Virus record (IMG/VR): IMGVR_UViG_3300028392_002123
Source of the DNA: a virus
Lineage: Duplodnaviria; Caudoviricetes
Direction: 5' to 3' (one strand)
Length of the DNA: 64,000 nucleotides
Each line of letters opens with the position of its first letter. The first letter of the stretch is position 1. Below the pieces are notes generated by a model. The model searched no databases, had not been told where the DNA came from, and saw only the letters and a list, made by a program, of their open reading frames with translations. Both the position numbers and the translations under genes were made by a program. Of the stretch, positions 63,282-64,000 are shown one piece after another.

Positions 63282-64000
63282 TGACAACGACTTTGAATTA
63301 ATTACCGAAGATGCAATAGAGAACGCACAAGAAGCGGACTTGTTAGTTCGCGTCGCAGTTACACCTCCTGGTTATTATATTCTGTTTAACAAGGCCACAG
63401 GTAGTATCACAGCTATAAATCCAGTATCGAATACAAACCCTCCCCCAGGTACAGCAGAGCTACATGTTGAACACAGCAACGACCTAGACTCGATATTTTC
63501 TAATAAGTTCAACATTGAAAAGTTAAAAGTAAAATACGATTTACAAAAGAAAATTTACATATTGACAGCAGTAAAGGATTTTTCCGATTTATTTGTCAAG
63601 GAGTTTGTTGTACTGGATATCAAAGATTCCGCAGAATTTTTCATTGATATAAAATTTAATATTGTCAGCAAGGTAGTATATTTTAAACCAAATTTTAAAA
63701 ACTTGAATTTGTATCTTAGCACTAATACTCCTGAGTATGTTTTGGAATTGACCAACAGTAAGATTACATTCTACGTGTTTGACCAAACTAATCCTACGAT
63801 GTTATACGATAGATATGATGTTAACATAGTCGATCTTATTAAAAATGAACATGCGGCATTTAAAGCAGATTGGTTGGATCTAATGAGAACAACTAAATTT
63901 CAAATTTTAACTTCGAATGTGGGATTGGAATACAACATTGTCATTGATCAGCAATATGTCAGGGATCATTTGGACTATGAAATTACTCAACCCACTGTTC
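63271..64000 (+). CDS. hypothetical protein, runs off the 3' end of the window
   Basis: ATG ATC AAT GAT GAC at 63271; I read the frame as open to the end of the window. Missing from the ORF track because it has no stop. Confidence 0.75.
   Translation, partial: MINDDNDFELITEDAIENAQEADLLVRVAVTPPGYYILFNKATGSITAINPVSNTNPPPGTAELHVEHSNDLDSIFSNKFNIEKLKVKYDLQKKIYILTAVKDFSDLFVKEFVVLDIKDSAEFFIDIKFNIVSKVVYFKPNFKNLNLYLSTNTPEYVLELTNSKITFYVFDQTNPTMLYDRYDVNIVDLIKNEHAAFKADWLDLMRTTKFQILTSNVGLEYNIVIDQQYVRDHLDYEITQPTV

Noticed and set aside
1-64000. Stop-codon reassignment
   Set aside because: Genes are full length and dense under code 11, and both TAG (e.g. 7897) and TGA (e.g. 343) end genes at sensible positions.

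Overview
Bacteriophage DNA: a 64-kb piece of a large, AT-rich, T4-related (jumbo-type) myovirus genome in the standard genetic code. It holds most of the virion morphogenesis module. Head genes are portal gp20, prohead core, protease gp21, scaffold gp22 and major capsid gp23. Tail genes are a tape-measure-like protein, baseplate genes (gp26-, gp51-, gp48/54-, gp53-, gp5-, gp25- and gp6-like, plus a 2991-aa protein) and several repeat-rich fibre proteins. Two leftward non-structural clusters interrupt the module. The first is late sigma gp55, gp47, gp46, two acyl carrier proteins, an Hc1-like protein, a GIY-YIG nuclease and a ~500-nt structured non-coding region. The second is DNA ligase, a chain of small ORFs, a radical SAM protein and a MazG-like NTP pyrophosphatase. 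Glycosyltransferase-like genes sit at both ends of the window. T4-type late promoters (xxTAAATA), sigma70 promoters and intrinsic terminators are readable in the sequence. Best leads: the GIY-YIG gene with its downstream structured RNA candidate, the tandem ACPs coupled to gp46, a virion-type subtilase with a Gly-Tyr tract, apparent leaderless late mRNAs, and a late-promoter/RBS hairpin switch. No tRNA, rRNA, CRISPR array or reverse transcriptase was seen. All family calls come from motif recognition by eye, not from database searches.
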